Positions 18,599-29,230 of a stretch of DNA of 64,000 bases are shown in pieces. Every line of letters begins with the position of its first letter. The first letter of the stretch is position 1. The notes under the pieces are model-generated. The model was not told the DNA's origin. It saw only the letters and a program-made list of their open reading frames with translations, and searched no databases. Origin of the DNA: an uncultured virus (IMG/VR IMGVR_UViG_3300021365_002389) (lineage: Duplodnaviria; Heunggongvirae; Uroviricota; Caudoviricetes); the IMG/VR virus record IMGVR_UViG_3300021365_002389, positions 1-64,000 of that record; one strand, written 5' to 3'. The translations under genes and the position numbers were made by a program.

Positions 18599-21500
18599 TT
18601 AATAGCCTCCACCGCCAGAGAATCCGCCGCCGCCGCCGCCAGAAAATCCGCCGCCACCGCCGCCAGAAAATCCGCCGCCGCTATTATTATTAAAACCAGA
18701 TTGTAAAGCTCGTGTGTTAACAGTTAGACTTCTACCCAATCCTTGCGTAAATTGGGGGCGTGCGGGTGGTCTCTCGATCGCTGTTGCCGTAGTAAAATTA
18801 GTCATTTGTTGGGCTGTGTTTTGTACAGCCACTGCTGTAGCTTGAGTCGTAGCTGCCGCAGCTAATGCGTCCACATCCACAGTTACTGCTGCGGGTGGTG
18901 CAGAAGAAGGGGTCCCAACATTTTTCTGCCTACCTATCATGTTTGGATCAAGTTTTAAAGACTTTGCTATTTTTGAGGCAGCCTTCCTTCTAATTGATTC
19001 TTGTGCCTCTTCGCCAACTTCTGCGTAAGGCAAGTCTGGTCTAAATCCAACTTTAGCAGTCAACTTAGTCATTTCTATTAGCGAAAAATAATCGTAAGGC
19101 CAGTTAAAAGTGTTTCTGCCCTCGCCCAAATTATCAGAATGATAAAGTTGTTTTGTAAACTCATCTTTTCTCTTAAGCAGTTCTTCCTTCTGAGCATCAG
19201 GAAGACCATCTGCTAGATAACCATATATTGAAGCAAAGGATGTTTTATCATCGCCGCCATTTATTTCACTAAGAATCATTGAAGTATAATTTGTTTTGCC
19301 ACGTTTTTTGACTTTGAAAACTAACCATCTTATATCAGGAGTAAACCCATTCCTATCAGGGAATGCAGTTGTATCCAGTAAATCAACTCGTGGGAATCCA
19401 TCTCTTTCTATACCTAAGTCAATTTGTTTTTGTAACACTTCGTCAAAAACAGGTCTTGAACCTTTTTCAGTTGATTTACCAGGCATATAGTGATCGATTG
19501 AAGAAACAGATAATTGCGCTTTCCCACCAACATCGGGCATGATACCTTGCCATATATCGGACAGGTCTTGCCTTGACAAAGACACTTTATGTTCCAGCAA
19601 GTAGACAACTGGAACTTTTGCTAGGTCTGTATCGGTGAGAACCTCATCCAACTCATCGCCACCAAAAGGGTTTATAAAATTAGGAACGCTAGGATAATCT
19701 GGCGGTAGCAAACCTCGCAACGCTTTTCTTAAAGCTGGCGGGAAAGAATAGTTGGAAAAGACTCTTCTAAATTCTTTAACTTTGGGTCCTAGCTTGTCGG
19801 CGTCAGCCTGAAGGTTTACAAATGACACCTTCTGAGAATTTGTATCATAGTAATACGGAATAGCTAAAATTGCCTCCGATAGTATTTTTTCCCCATCCTC
19901 TGCAAGTTCACCAATTCGTTTTGCTTTATCCGGCAAAAACTGCCCAGGTGGCATAATATCTTCGTCCTTAAAGCCAACTAATTTAGCCAAAGAATCTATT
20001 TCTCGTTTAGAGCGTTTGACAAATGATGGAAGTTTTAATACTTTTAATAGTTTATAGGCATTCGAAGACGAACGTTCTCGGTTCGGATCATCATTTGTCA
20101 TTCTGATTTCAACCGCTTGACTATCAACATCAGAAATATACATATACAAACCCTGACCGTCATCTGGCATAACACCATATTGGTGCCACATTCCCTTAGT
20201 GGCAGAACTTGTTGAGAAAGCACCCATTGCAACGGACGATGAGAAATTATACCTACCTGTATGTGCTGGGCCGCTCAAACTCGATGTCTGGTCATACCTG
20301 GGAAAATCTAGGACCGGGCATTCCCACTTAGGCATAATAACCCAGCGGTTTTTATTTGCCGGCGAAAACTCTTTTCCAAAGTCTGAAGGATAACTATTAT
20401 CGATCACGATCGTTTCGTCTAAATCCATTCTATTTAACCATGCTCGATTGAAGCCATAATCAACGATTTCAGTGGACCCTGATGATTCTACTATCGCTCC
20501 GTTGGGCAGTGCAAAAGATCCACTACTTACCTCGTAATGAAAACCATCTTCGTTAACATATTCAACGTACAACTCAGTTCCATTAAGAATTTCATCCAAT
20601 GTTACATTTTTTGATTCGTCCGGAAAGTAAGTAAACCTGGCAACACTTGGTCCGTAGTAGTATGGTGGTGTGAATGGTGCAAACTCACCTCTATGTCGTG
20701 GCCAGTCTCTACCAGGAGGAACAGTTCCATAACCGTCAGAGGGGTTAGACGATCCTGTTGTTGGACGAGTATTGCCCGATGTGCCGTCCCAGTGCGATGA
20801 ACCTGTCGCAGTTGGAATACCAAAGGCAGCAGGGTTGTTGTATAGGTTAAAGCTATCAGTCTTCCTTAGGACAACCTCCATCAAGTATGCTTTTTTCTTA
20901 TCAACAAAAACAGTTCTTGGTTCTGTATCCGAAACAGCAGCGTTGCCTTTAGGGGAAGACGGGTCATTCTTAGCTGGCAATTCAGCCACTATCTTTGTCA
21001 TAAAGCCACCCTCTTTCTTTTTCTTCAAAAAGAATTCAGGCGTAGAGGCAAGGAAATTAGACATTGCTAATCTGTAAAGATTATCATCTGAAGCAGCATC
21101 GGGCCCGATCGATGCCGAGACAAAATGTCGTATGTAAGTATTAATATCATGTGTCAATAGAGCCTCTTTGCCCTCACCAATATGCTGTAAAGGATTTAAT
21201 AATCCCTCAAAGGGTACTGAATCAGCCCAAAACAATTCGGATACCACATCAAGACTAAAGTTGTAATTACTTTCTCCCCCTTGGCGGCGTCTTCTTCTGC
21301 CGCCGGGGAATTGCTCAAGAGTAGCGATATTAGTGCCGCTCAAACAGCCTCGAAGGGGTTCCATATAAGTGTCCATAAAGCAGGTAGTGCCGCCAAGGAC
21401 AATGGCAGATGCTGTCAAGTAATTGATGTCCTGCAAAATTGGTTGTCCACTAACGTTGTCTGCACCTAATTTTCTTCTGACAGGATGACTAACTGCAACA

Positions 21501-24500
21501 CCACCCTTAATGGAGTTGTATAAAATTCCAGGTGCAAAGAAAGGACGAGTCAGTGTTCGCCATCTTCCTGGGTGGCTTGCAGATACTCCACCATAAATTG
21601 CATGTGGACCGTAAGACTGAGAGAATAATTGAGCTATTTGTACTGTTCTTAAAACTGGATAAAACCCATCATATGGCAAGAGTTTCAACACAGCATCAGA
21701 TTTTAAAGATAATTGGCGGGGATATTTATTAATTTCTAAATCATCGCTCCCTGCCTGCATAAATGGATTCAAATATTCCATGACATCGGATGTAGAATAC
21801 CTCTCCAAGAAATCACTATCAGTAGAATCAAACACAGTATCGGATGCGCCAGTTAACTCAATTGATGAAGAAATAAATGAGGTAACAGATCCTTGTACCT
21901 TGTATTCCTCTAAGTTTTCGCTAATTCTAAACTCTGGTACGATGGCATAATCTTTAGCTATCACTCTTATTTCTTTTTTCCATGTATCATAGTCGTCATA
22001 GAAAGGATGACCCTCGGGAGCAAGTTGTCCTTTGTTTATTCCATCAACAAATCTTCTTCTTGTACCTGCGGTCCACGGAGGCAGAGCAAGAGATGGACAG
22101 CCAGGATATGATGCGGTAACCCTAAGATCTCTAGTGTTGGCACTCCCGTATGTTCCGGATATAAGACAAGGAGCAACATAAACATATTGGGCAGAATTTA
22201 CACTTGAGGTAGTCCACACATCACTCGTCGTAGACGACGCTGTATGGAGAGGTGCAGCGTTGAGAAAAGCTCTACCGTAATGAACCATCATCAATTCACC
22301 AGCCGGCAAAGTGCTAGCCATATTAGTTGCAAACTTTTGATCAGTAGCGCCACCAGTTAAATCTGTAAGCATGTAATCTGAGTACATGAAAGAGTCTAGT
22401 GGCCATACTGAACCGGAACCTAATATACTGCCGTCGCTCGTCTCCTCGTAGTCCGCTACATTTTTAGAATTTGGAACCTGCATGGTTTTTATTAAAAGAG
22501 TTCCCTGAGAAGTTGTGAAATTATCTTTCATCCTTGGGAACTGTCTGTTGTTCCTCTCCATTATGATATTGTTAAAAGCGGTGCCGACCCCTTCTGTGGC
22601 ACCGCCCATATCCGCCACAACCGCTGAAATATCTTGTGATCCCGTAACTTGATCATCTCTCCAAAAAGTTCTATTTGTAAAAGATAATCTAGCTCTAGTT
22701 CCCGACAGATAAGTGTATACCTCTTTTGGAAAAATAGTTTCCTCGTACACAAATGACTTTATATCACCCAAGCCAGAAATAGATTCGTCAACCCCGTCCC
22801 TTCTGTAGTCTAAGAATACCTCATATGGACGTTTTATTTTACCCAAAGAATAATTTCTAGACCCTTGTATTTCCTGATTAAGATCTCTATTTGCAAATCC
22901 TTGCAATACATTACCGTAAGAGTATCTAACATCTACTGTAACGGGGTCACCATTAATATTCTCTGGTGTTCCGGATGGAGTTTCAATTGTATGAATTAAA
23001 GGCTTATATCTTGATGTTACAGGCGGTTCTTTAAACTTTTTATAATGCCTAAAGTCTATACTTCTTTCAACAAGTTGTGTTGGATTATATTGAAGTGCTG
23101 CGTTCTCAAAGTATCCCCTATCAATATCAGTGCGAGTTGTTGTAGAAAACACCTCAAACATTTTTTCCGGGTCTCTTATGCCTTTTGGCTCAAGGAGCGG
23201 TGATTTTTTAGGCACTAACTCATATAAATTTTGCCTTCTGTGAAAAGACCCTAGTGTGGTTTGACCAACTCTTGTTTGGGTCCAGGGTGCTGGTGGCTGT
23301 ATTCTGGAATAAAAAGGATCGTAATTATAAATCACAGAGAGAGGCCTCTGTGGATTAATTTTCGATACTGCATCATATCTCTTACTATTATTGAGAGAGT
23401 ATGCCCCAAGCATATAACCGTTCAACTCAACAGAGCCAGTGTTGGCATAATCAGTTTTGATCACAATTATTGATTCTGGGAATCTAGAACCTGATAAGGT
23501 CCACTCGATCTCTTGATCTTTTAAGCCAGCCCCGGCACGGTTTATGTCTCTTGTAAAATTAGCGCCTGTTAAAAAGGTAAACCACTTTATTCTGTCGGCA
23601 GCAGGTATTGGTCTCTGTACAAAATCGTTGTCTCTGACGGAGGCTGTCTGAAATGTTCTGTATTCACCACCATCAGGATTATAAGGTGCGTCAGAAGATG
23701 ATCCAACAGGATAATTTTCAAGAATTTCAAACCTAGAAGTTTGGTTCCTTTGAGTTTTGTGTATGGCTGCAAAAGAACCTGAACCCTCATTCAATTGTGT
23801 CAAAGCAACAGGACCCTGATTATTGTCCATTGGTGATACGGCATCTGTTATTTTTGGATCAGGGAGTATACCTACAACATCTGAATTTTTAAATCCGCCC
23901 CACCCAGTAAAGGTCATGGACTGAGAATTAAAAATATTCCTTATGAGAAGGTTTCTAAATGGCAATGCATTATTAGGAGAAAACTGATCTGTAGCAATAT
24001 CTCTAAATTGCTGTTTTGAATCCTCTTTGCTACCGGGTGCGGCAAACCTGCTCGCTATTATGCTCTTGTTTGTTCTTCTTGTTTCTTTTTGTCGTGGCGC
24101 TGTATAATCAGCAGAGCCAGTAAGTCCAGCTAAACGTCGAGCAGGAGTTGTTAAAAATGCAGTTGGATTGCTTGCTGTATAAAAGCGATTGTTAAACACA
24201 AAATCCATGTTTGCATTTTCTCGTCCAAAGCCATGTATTACTTCATAGTTTTTATCAAAGTTGCCTAGTATTTGTATACCCCTGCTTGAACTGCCTGCTG
24301 CTGTTAAGCTGCCTGTTGCAGATCTTACATTAGCAATATTGACTGGTGACTTTGCTAGGTTGTTGCGGGTATAATGACCCTTTGGTGTAGTACCTATTTT
24401 ATGTGTTGCTAAATTTATGCCGAACAAGCTACCACTGGCGAAAACAGAAGTAGTTGCTTTGGGTGATCCTCCAGCAAACGCCGTGCCAGCGAAAGATGTG

Positions 24501-27500
24501 CCATTATCTCTGGGTCCAACATTACTTCCAAATACGGTAAGTACGTTTGCCCCAGCAAGGCTAATGGAAGCTGCCAGAGGTAAACCATCAGCCGTTGCGG
24601 CCAGATTTAAGCTTGTTACTAAATTTGTTGTTGCGTCGTCGGCATCAAAGGCATCAGCTACGCCAATAACAGTTTTTGACGTATCAGCACCATCTACCGC
24701 ACCATTATAAGTGGCTGAGTAATCAACTCCTCCGAGAGTTAAAGTTACTGTTAATCCGTTAAGTTCAGTTGCAGGATCAGATATTCCAGCATCAAGGACA
24801 ATCCGTGCCACAGAACTGCTCTGACTTGTAACAGTTGTAGAAAACACTTCTCTTCTGTTTATGTTTTGTGCAAGAATATTTTCTTTTAAGGCAGGTACAT
24901 TTCTACCCAAAAGTCCACCCACATGTTGACTAGTGAATGGCCCTTGTAACGGCATACCATCATTATAGTTACCCGGTATGTCCTCATGAAAATTAGTAAC
25001 ATCAAGATTCAAAGAACTCGAAGCCGCTTGTAATACAGTAACATAACCAGCGATGACCTCAGACCCACTTAAATCGTAGGCACTAAATGGAGCTATCAAG
25101 TCTCCAGACTTGTCCCCGTCTATAAAAGCATTTGCTCTAAACGGTATCTTTCTTTTTTGATTTGGAACAACTTTTCTTACATCTTCATTGTCCGGCAAAA
25201 CCTCATAATTATCCGTATTAACATCAAAAATGTTATTTTTCTTAGCTGGACTAGAACCTCTTTGTACGAGACTTCTGTTGTCTATCTTTTCTTGTTCGTA
25301 AAAAGCAGATATATTGACAGCCCTAGTTCTAAGATCTTCGCTTCTAGCTGCGTTTCTTATGCTAGTCTTGGCTGAGTTTAAGTCAGTGACGGACGAGGAT
25401 AACAGTGTTGGAACATCGGCAGTATATTTCCAGAACCCTGTGTTGTCCTTTTGAAGACCACTCAACGGTGGAGTCAAGAACTTAAATTGTGGTGCTTTTT
25501 GATTAGTAAGACTAAAACTAGATAAGCTGACTGTTTTGTCAAGTCCTTGTCTACGATTTTCTCGTATTGTTTGAGCACTTGAACTGTTCTGAGAGTAACC
25601 TAAATCACCGCCTACAAGTGATTCTATACCATCGTCTACAAGAGACAGCATCTCTTGCCTATTACCTAGATAACTATATTTGTGTTTGTTCCGCTCTAAG
25701 ACATGACTCTCTATAATTGTTCTGAGTTCTTCAGAGTGTTTTGCTGAAGCTGGGAATAGTTGTTGCACCAATTGTCCTATAGAAGAGTCTATCCACTTAA
25801 AGTACTTAACATATTTTTCCAAGTCTGGTGTATTGCCAACTTTTCGGAAGAATATCTCCCGCATCTTTTCCATGGATTTATAATTTGGTCTATAAGTATT
25901 GACAGGCTCACCTATCAGATTATTAAAATCGTCCATTGACGCAAACAAATCAAGCATCTTTCTAGAGATACTCTGATACATGCTCTTTTCCAAAGAATAA
26001 TAAAAATTAGACGGTCTCATTGTTGGCTGAAATATTTGGACATCAGCGTCTTGAATCTCAATCATATCACTACTAGCGACATATTCTGGCAGATTTTTCC
26101 TACTTGATTCAATATATTGTTTTGTGACAGGATCATAAGTATCCGAGAAAAACTCTCCTCGTCCTGTGTGTTGTCTAAGATTTATATTACTTAATAAAGG
26201 TCCCTGATAAGTTGCCTCATATCCACCCACTGCTGGGGTTACACCAACAGCCGAACCTGATGATCCCGAGGACATGTCAGCAACAATAAACCTACCAGAG
26301 GTGTCGCTTCCCGTGACATTTGAAAAATCCCAATTTAGAGCCAAAGTCTCTATTTCAGGTATGAACAAATCAGGATATGAACTTTCCGAGGAGGAGGCAA
26401 ATTCATACGCCTGGCGGAACGGATGTATGGTGCCGTGACTATCAACCTCTCTAGCGTGTAAGTCTATTGTTCCCGTTGATAAAATTGTTGACCAAACCCT
26501 AAGGCTACTAGCCCTGACATCAGTATTTGTCAGCACAGATCCTGTAAAGTTAGTTCGATGTGCTCCAATAAAGAACTTTTTATCAAGTGCCAAGGATTCA
26601 GATCCTGTGATATGAGGCAAGCTGGCAATTTCAAGGAAAGACCCTCTCTTTATTCCAGAGTCATAATTGACTCCATAAAGAGATAAGCTGTATCGGGCAG
26701 ATCCAGGCCCCACTACACCAGCAACGCCTCCAGATAAAGGATATTTTTCAGGTGCCAAAGTTAAAGACAGGTTCCACTTTTGATTATCATAAACATTTTG
26801 AAACACAGAGCTTGTAATCAAAGTATTATCAAATCTATCTTTTACAATAAACCGAACGTCTTTTCCTTTTTTTGGATCATCGGTTATCTCAGCATATGCT
26901 GACTGTGTTTTAACCGCATAAACCTGAAATCCTTTGTCAGATACACCAGCAGTCTCCGGATTTATGTCTGCCCAGGTTTGAGCGTGCATTCCAGTGTCAG
27001 CTACATGAGTGGCACTAGCAGGTGTATGCCAACCAAACAAAGAAGAACTAAGATAAAATGACTGACTTACAGAGGTTACATTGGACTCATCGAATCTTTG
27101 CCTATTAGGGAATATAAACTCTGCTTGGGCAGTAATACCCAAAGATGCTAGAATCCCATCTGATCCTGATATTGCACCATGGGAGGCTGGATTGCTTGAA
27201 TCATAAAACTGATAACAAGTAGCGGCTGAACTAGTTGCATCTGTTAAGCCGGAAAAATCTGCATATTTTTTCTTGCTTGATACTTGTTTGTAATTTTCCT
27301 GTAAGGTATAAGAATATTCGTTAGCATAAGTATTAAGAGATATTACATCATCATCAATACCATAACATCTAATGAGATTTCTTATCGCCTTTTCATTTCC
27401 TTTAGACTTGTATATGTAGGACAAGTTGTTATAGATGTTTTTATAAATCGTGTTCTTAATATTCTCAATTGTTTGCTCAAAGTTTTTATCTTCCGAGCGG

Positions 27501-29230
27501 TTAAAATATCTCTCCAGAACAGTTGCATTTGCAAACAACTCTGGGACCTCAAGTCCAAAATTTTCTAAAATTCTATCATTGTATGGAAATTCATTTGAGC
27601 TTCCAGTTAGAGTGCCACTTAAATATCTTAAATCCTTTATCTGATTAAGTTGTGACACTTGTACATACAAGGTGTCAAAATAGCCGCCTAGAACTTGATT
27701 TAGGTTTCTAAGTTCACCACCAGTGTTTTCATCCTCTTCAGATATCCATGACGGAAGCGTGTTCATCATGTTAGAGGTATTTCCATAATCGTACTGAGAT
27801 CCAGACTCTTCAAGATTTGTCTTGATATTTTGGAAGTTTAAATTCCCTACCCTAACAACAGGCGACGCATCCTCAAATACATCTGTTAGTCCCAATAAAT
27901 TAATCCCTGACCCTGTTTGTCTAGAATTCGTTGCGCTGTAGCCAACATGAGAAGCGTTAGACAGCCTGCCGGCATAATCTAAATAAACCTTGTCTATACT
28001 ACTAGTTCCCGTTGTTCCCTCGTTGAATCGATAATAGACACCTAAATTAAAGTCAGGATCATCTACGTCAGCACCACCATCAACATCTGTAAACCAATTT
28101 CTTCCTATTTCTTTACCTGTTCTAGCTGTTTTCCAAAATCTAAACTCATCTATCGAGGCGGATAACTTACCCCAGCCTTCGGCGGGCATCATATCATCAG
28201 ATGCGCCGCTAACCGGGGCTCTAAGAGCGCCAATGTTTGCAATCATTGTTCCCGTGACCTGAGATATAGAGCCTGACTTCACACCGCCGACAGAAGGATC
28301 ATCAGCTTGTGCCGGGTCTCTACCGGCGTAACTGCTAGCAGTAATATGTGTCTGATGACAAACACCATCCATGTAAAAATCTATAGTAGGATCTGATCCA
28401 GACGTATTAAAAACAAAGGCATAGTGATGAAAAGAACCACTTGCAATCTCTAGGCCGCCTGTTGTGGGGACTGATTGTGTCATAAACCCAGTGGTTCCAG
28501 AAACTAGTGTAACAAAAAATCTATCCTGATCGGGGTGGCGGAGTTCTATTCTCATGCGGGCGTAGCCTGTAGATCCAGTAACGCCGCCACCAATAGAGCC
28601 CCCGTCATGTGAAGACCCATCACCGTTAACCAAATCAAAGATTACTTGGTTATTTGATTGGGCATTACTGGCTGGGATAAGGTCGTTTTTCTTGAGTAAG
28701 AATTCAACTGTAGATCCGGACGGTCCACCAAAAGTTATATTTGTTGTTTTGTTGCTGCCAGAGGAGTATAGAGTTCCTGAGTGTGGTCCACCTTTTGCTT
28801 GGATGAAATCTATTGACGAGGAGTAATACCCTGTGGTATTGTCAGTAATTCCAGAAACATCACCATAAGTTGACCCAAAGGCAACAAATCCAGTCTCCTT
28901 AGGATAAACATGTTGCAGAGTATATTTTTCTAAAGGCGATAAATCATTATAAAATTTTGTTTTTTCTAAACCAGACCCATCATAAGGATAGTTATTAACA
29001 ATATGATCGAAAGCTGCACTATAATATTTTTCAGCAGACCCGTACCTTGCAAAGTTTTCAGGTCGGGAATAGTCTACCGGCGGTAGAAAATATTTTTGCT
29101 TTTCGACGCTTTCACTTAAGTGACCTAACGATTCTATTTTAGGATCAATAGAAGTAGATGAAGACTTCTTCAAGTACTTACTAATTGGCTTTCCTTTGTT
29201 ACTTTTTTCAAAAAGCTTTTTAACACTCAT
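18599..29230 (-). CDS. Giant (3543 aa) baseplate wedge/tail protein with LamG-like (ConA) domains
   Basis: LamG-like signature FHHYAFVF...FYMDG...IDEFRFWKTART...LGVYYRFNEG, plus a second likely copy (KWNLSLT...FFIG...LRVWS). IYKSKGNEKAIRNLIRCYG resembles the gp7/P2-I wedge motif. Lies downstream of gp25- and gp6-like genes. Confidence 0.7.
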   Translation of the reverse strand: MSVKKLFEKSNKGKPISKYLKKSSSTSIDPKIESLGHLSESVEKQKYFLPPVDYSRPENFARYGSAEKYYSAAFDHIVNNYPYDGSGLEKTKFYNDLSPLEKYTLQHVYPKETGFVAFGSTYGDVSGITDNTTGYYSSSIDFIQAKGGPHSGTLYSSGSNKTTNITFGGPSGSTVEFLLKKNDLIPASNAQSNNQVIFDLVNGDGSSHDGGSIGGGVTGSTGYARMRIELRHPDQDRFFVTLVSGTTGFMTQSVPTTGGLEIASGSFHHYAFVFNTSGSDPTIDFYMDGVCHQTHITASSYAGRDPAQADDPSVGGVKSGSISQVTGTMIANIGALRAPVSGASDDMMPAEGWGKLSASIDEFRFWKTARTGKEIGRNWFTDVDGGADVDDPDFNLGVYYRFNEGTTGTSSIDKVYLDYAGRLSNASHVGYSATNSRQTGSGINLLGLTDVFEDASPVVRVGNLNFQNIKTNLEESGSQYDYGNTSNMMNTLPSWISEEDENTGGELRNLNQVLGGYFDTLYVQVSQLNQIKDLRYLSGTLTGSSNEFPYNDRILENFGLEVPELFANATVLERYFNRSEDKNFEQTIENIKNTIYKNIYNNLSYIYKSKGNEKAIRNLIRCYGIDDDVISLNTYANEYSYTLQENYKQVSSKKKYADFSGLTDATSSAATCYQFYDSSNPASHGAISGSDGILASLGITAQAEFIFPNRQRFDESNVTSVSQSFYLSSSLFGWHTPASATHVADTGMHAQTWADINPETAGVSDKGFQVYAVKTQSAYAEITDDPKKGKDVRFIVKDRFDNTLITSSVFQNVYDNQKWNLSLTLAPEKYPLSGGVAGVVGPGSARYSLSLYGVNYDSGIKRGSFLEIASLPHITGSESLALDKKFFIGAHRTNFTGSVLTNTDVRASSLRVWSTILSTGTIDLHAREVDSHGTIHPFRQAYEFASSSESSYPDLFIPEIETLALNWDFSNVTGSDTSGRFIVADMSSGSSGSAVGVTPAVGGYEATYQGPLLSNINLRQHTGRGEFFSDTYDPVTKQYIESSRKNLPEYVASSDMIEIQDADVQIFQPTMRPSNFYYSLEKSMYQSISRKMLDLFASMDDFNNLIGEPVNTYRPNYKSMEKMREIFFRKVGNTPDLEKYVKYFKWIDSSIGQLVQQLFPASAKHSEELRTIIESHVLERNKHKYSYLGNRQEMLSLVDDGIESLVGGDLGYSQNSSSAQTIRENRRQGLDKTVSLSSFSLTNQKAPQFKFLTPPLSGLQKDNTGFWKYTADVPTLLSSSVTDLNSAKTSIRNAARSEDLRTRAVNISAFYEQEKIDNRSLVQRGSSPAKKNNIFDVNTDNYEVLPDNEDVRKVVPNQKRKIPFRANAFIDGDKSGDLIAPFSAYDLSGSEVIAGYVTVLQAASSSLNLDVTNFHEDIPGNYNDGMPLQGPFTSQHVGGLLGRNVPALKENILAQNINRREVFSTTVTSQSSSVARIVLDAGISDPATELNGLTVTLTLGGVDYSATYNGAVDGADTSKTVIGVADAFDADDATTNLVTSLNLAATADGLPLAASISLAGANVLTVFGSNVGPRDNGTSFAGTAFAGGSPKATTSVFASGSLFGINLATHKIGTTPKGHYTRNNLAKSPVNIANVRSATGSLTAAGSSSRGIQILGNFDKNYEVIHGFGRENANMDFVFNNRFYTASNPTAFLTTPARRLAGLTGSADYTAPRQKETRRTNKSIIASRFAAPGSKEDSKQQFRDIATDQFSPNNALPFRNLLIRNIFNSQSMTFTGWGGFKNSDVVGILPDPKITDAVSPMDNNQGPVALTQLNEGSGSFAAIHKTQRNQTSRFEILENYPVGSSSDAPYNPDGGEYRTFQTASVRDNDFVQRPIPAADRIKWFTFLTGANFTRDINRAGAGLKDQEIEWTLSGSRFPESIIVIKTDYANTGSVELNGYMLGAYSLNNSKRYDAVSKINPQRPLSVIYNYDPFYSRIQPPAPWTQTRVGQTTLGSFHRRQNLYELVPKKSPLLEPKGIRDPEKMFEVFSTTTRTDIDRGYFENAALQYNPTQLVERSIDFRHYKKFKEPPVTSRYKPLIHTIETPSGTPENINGDPVTVDVRYSYGNVLQGFANRDLNQEIQGSRNYSLGKIKRPYEVFLDYRRDGVDESISGLGDIKSFVYEETIFPKEVYTYLSGTRARLSFTNRTFWRDDQVTGSQDISAVVADMGGATEGVGTAFNNIIMERNNRQFPRMKDNFTTSQGTLLIKTMQVPNSKNVADYEETSDGSILGSGSVWPLDSFMYSDYMLTDLTGGATDQKFATNMASTLPAGELMMVHYGRAFLNAAPLHTASSTTSDVWTTSSVNSAQYVYVAPCLISGTYGSANTRDLRVTASYPGCPSLALPPWTAGTRRRFVDGINKGQLAPEGHPFYDDYDTWKKEIRVIAKDYAIVPEFRISENLEEYKVQGSVTSFISSSIELTGASDTVFDSTDSDFLERYSTSDVMEYLNPFMQAGSDDLEINKYPRQLSLKSDAVLKLLPYDGFYPVLRTVQIAQLFSQSYGPHAIYGGVSASHPGRWRTLTRPFFAPGILYNSIKGGVAVSHPVRRKLGADNVSGQPILQDINYLTASAIVLGGTTCFMDTYMEPLRGCLSGTNIATLEQFPGGRRRRRQGGESNYNFSLDVVSELFWADSVPFEGLLNPLQHIGEGKEALLTHDINTYIRHFVSASIGPDAASDDNLYRLAMSNFLASTPEFFLKKKKEGGFMTKIVAELPAKNDPSSPKGNAAVSDTEPRTVFVDKKKAYLMEVVLRKTDSFNLYNNPAAFGIPTATGSSHWDGTSGNTRPTTGSSNPSDGYGTVPPGRDWPRHRGEFAPFTPPYYYGPSVARFTYFPDESKNVTLDEILNGTELYVEYVNEDGFHYEVSSGSFALPNGAIVESSGSTEIVDYGFNRAWLNRMDLDETIVIDNSYPSDFGKEFSPANKNRWVIMPKWECPVLDFPRYDQTSSLSGPAHTGRYNFSSSVAMGAFSTSSATKGMWHQYGVMPDDGQGLYMYISDVDSQAVEIRMTNDDPNRERSSSNAYKLLKVLKLPSFVKRSKREIDSLAKLVGFKDEDIMPPGQFLPDKAKRIGELAEDGEKILSEAILAIPYYYDTNSQKVSFVNLQADADKLGPKVKEFRRVFSNYSFPPALRKALRGLLPPDYPSVPNFINPFGGDELDEVLTDTDLAKVPVVYLLEHKVSLSRQDLSDIWQGIMPDVGGKAQLSVSSIDHYMPGKSTEKGSRPVFDEVLQKQIDLGIERDGFPRVDLLDTTAFPDRNGFTPDIRWLVFKVKKRGKTNYTSMILSEINGGDDKTSFASIYGYLADGLPDAQKEELLKRKDEFTKQLYHSDNLGEGRNTFNWPYDYFSLIEMTKLTAKVGFRPDLPYAEVGEEAQESIRRKAASKIAKSLKLDPNMIGRQKNVGTPSSAPPAAVTVDVDALAAAATTQATAVAVQNTAQQMTNFTTATAIERPPARPQFTQGLGRSLTVNTRALQSGFNNNSGGGFSGGGGGGFSGGGGGGFSGGGGY
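18602..18682 (-). repeat. 24-bp tandem repeat encoding C-terminal (FSGGGGGG)n...GGGGY tail
   Basis: About 3 copies of ccagaaaatccgccgccgccgccg-like units; the protein ends SGGGFSGGGGGGFSGGGGGGFSGGGGY*. Confidence 0.9.
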
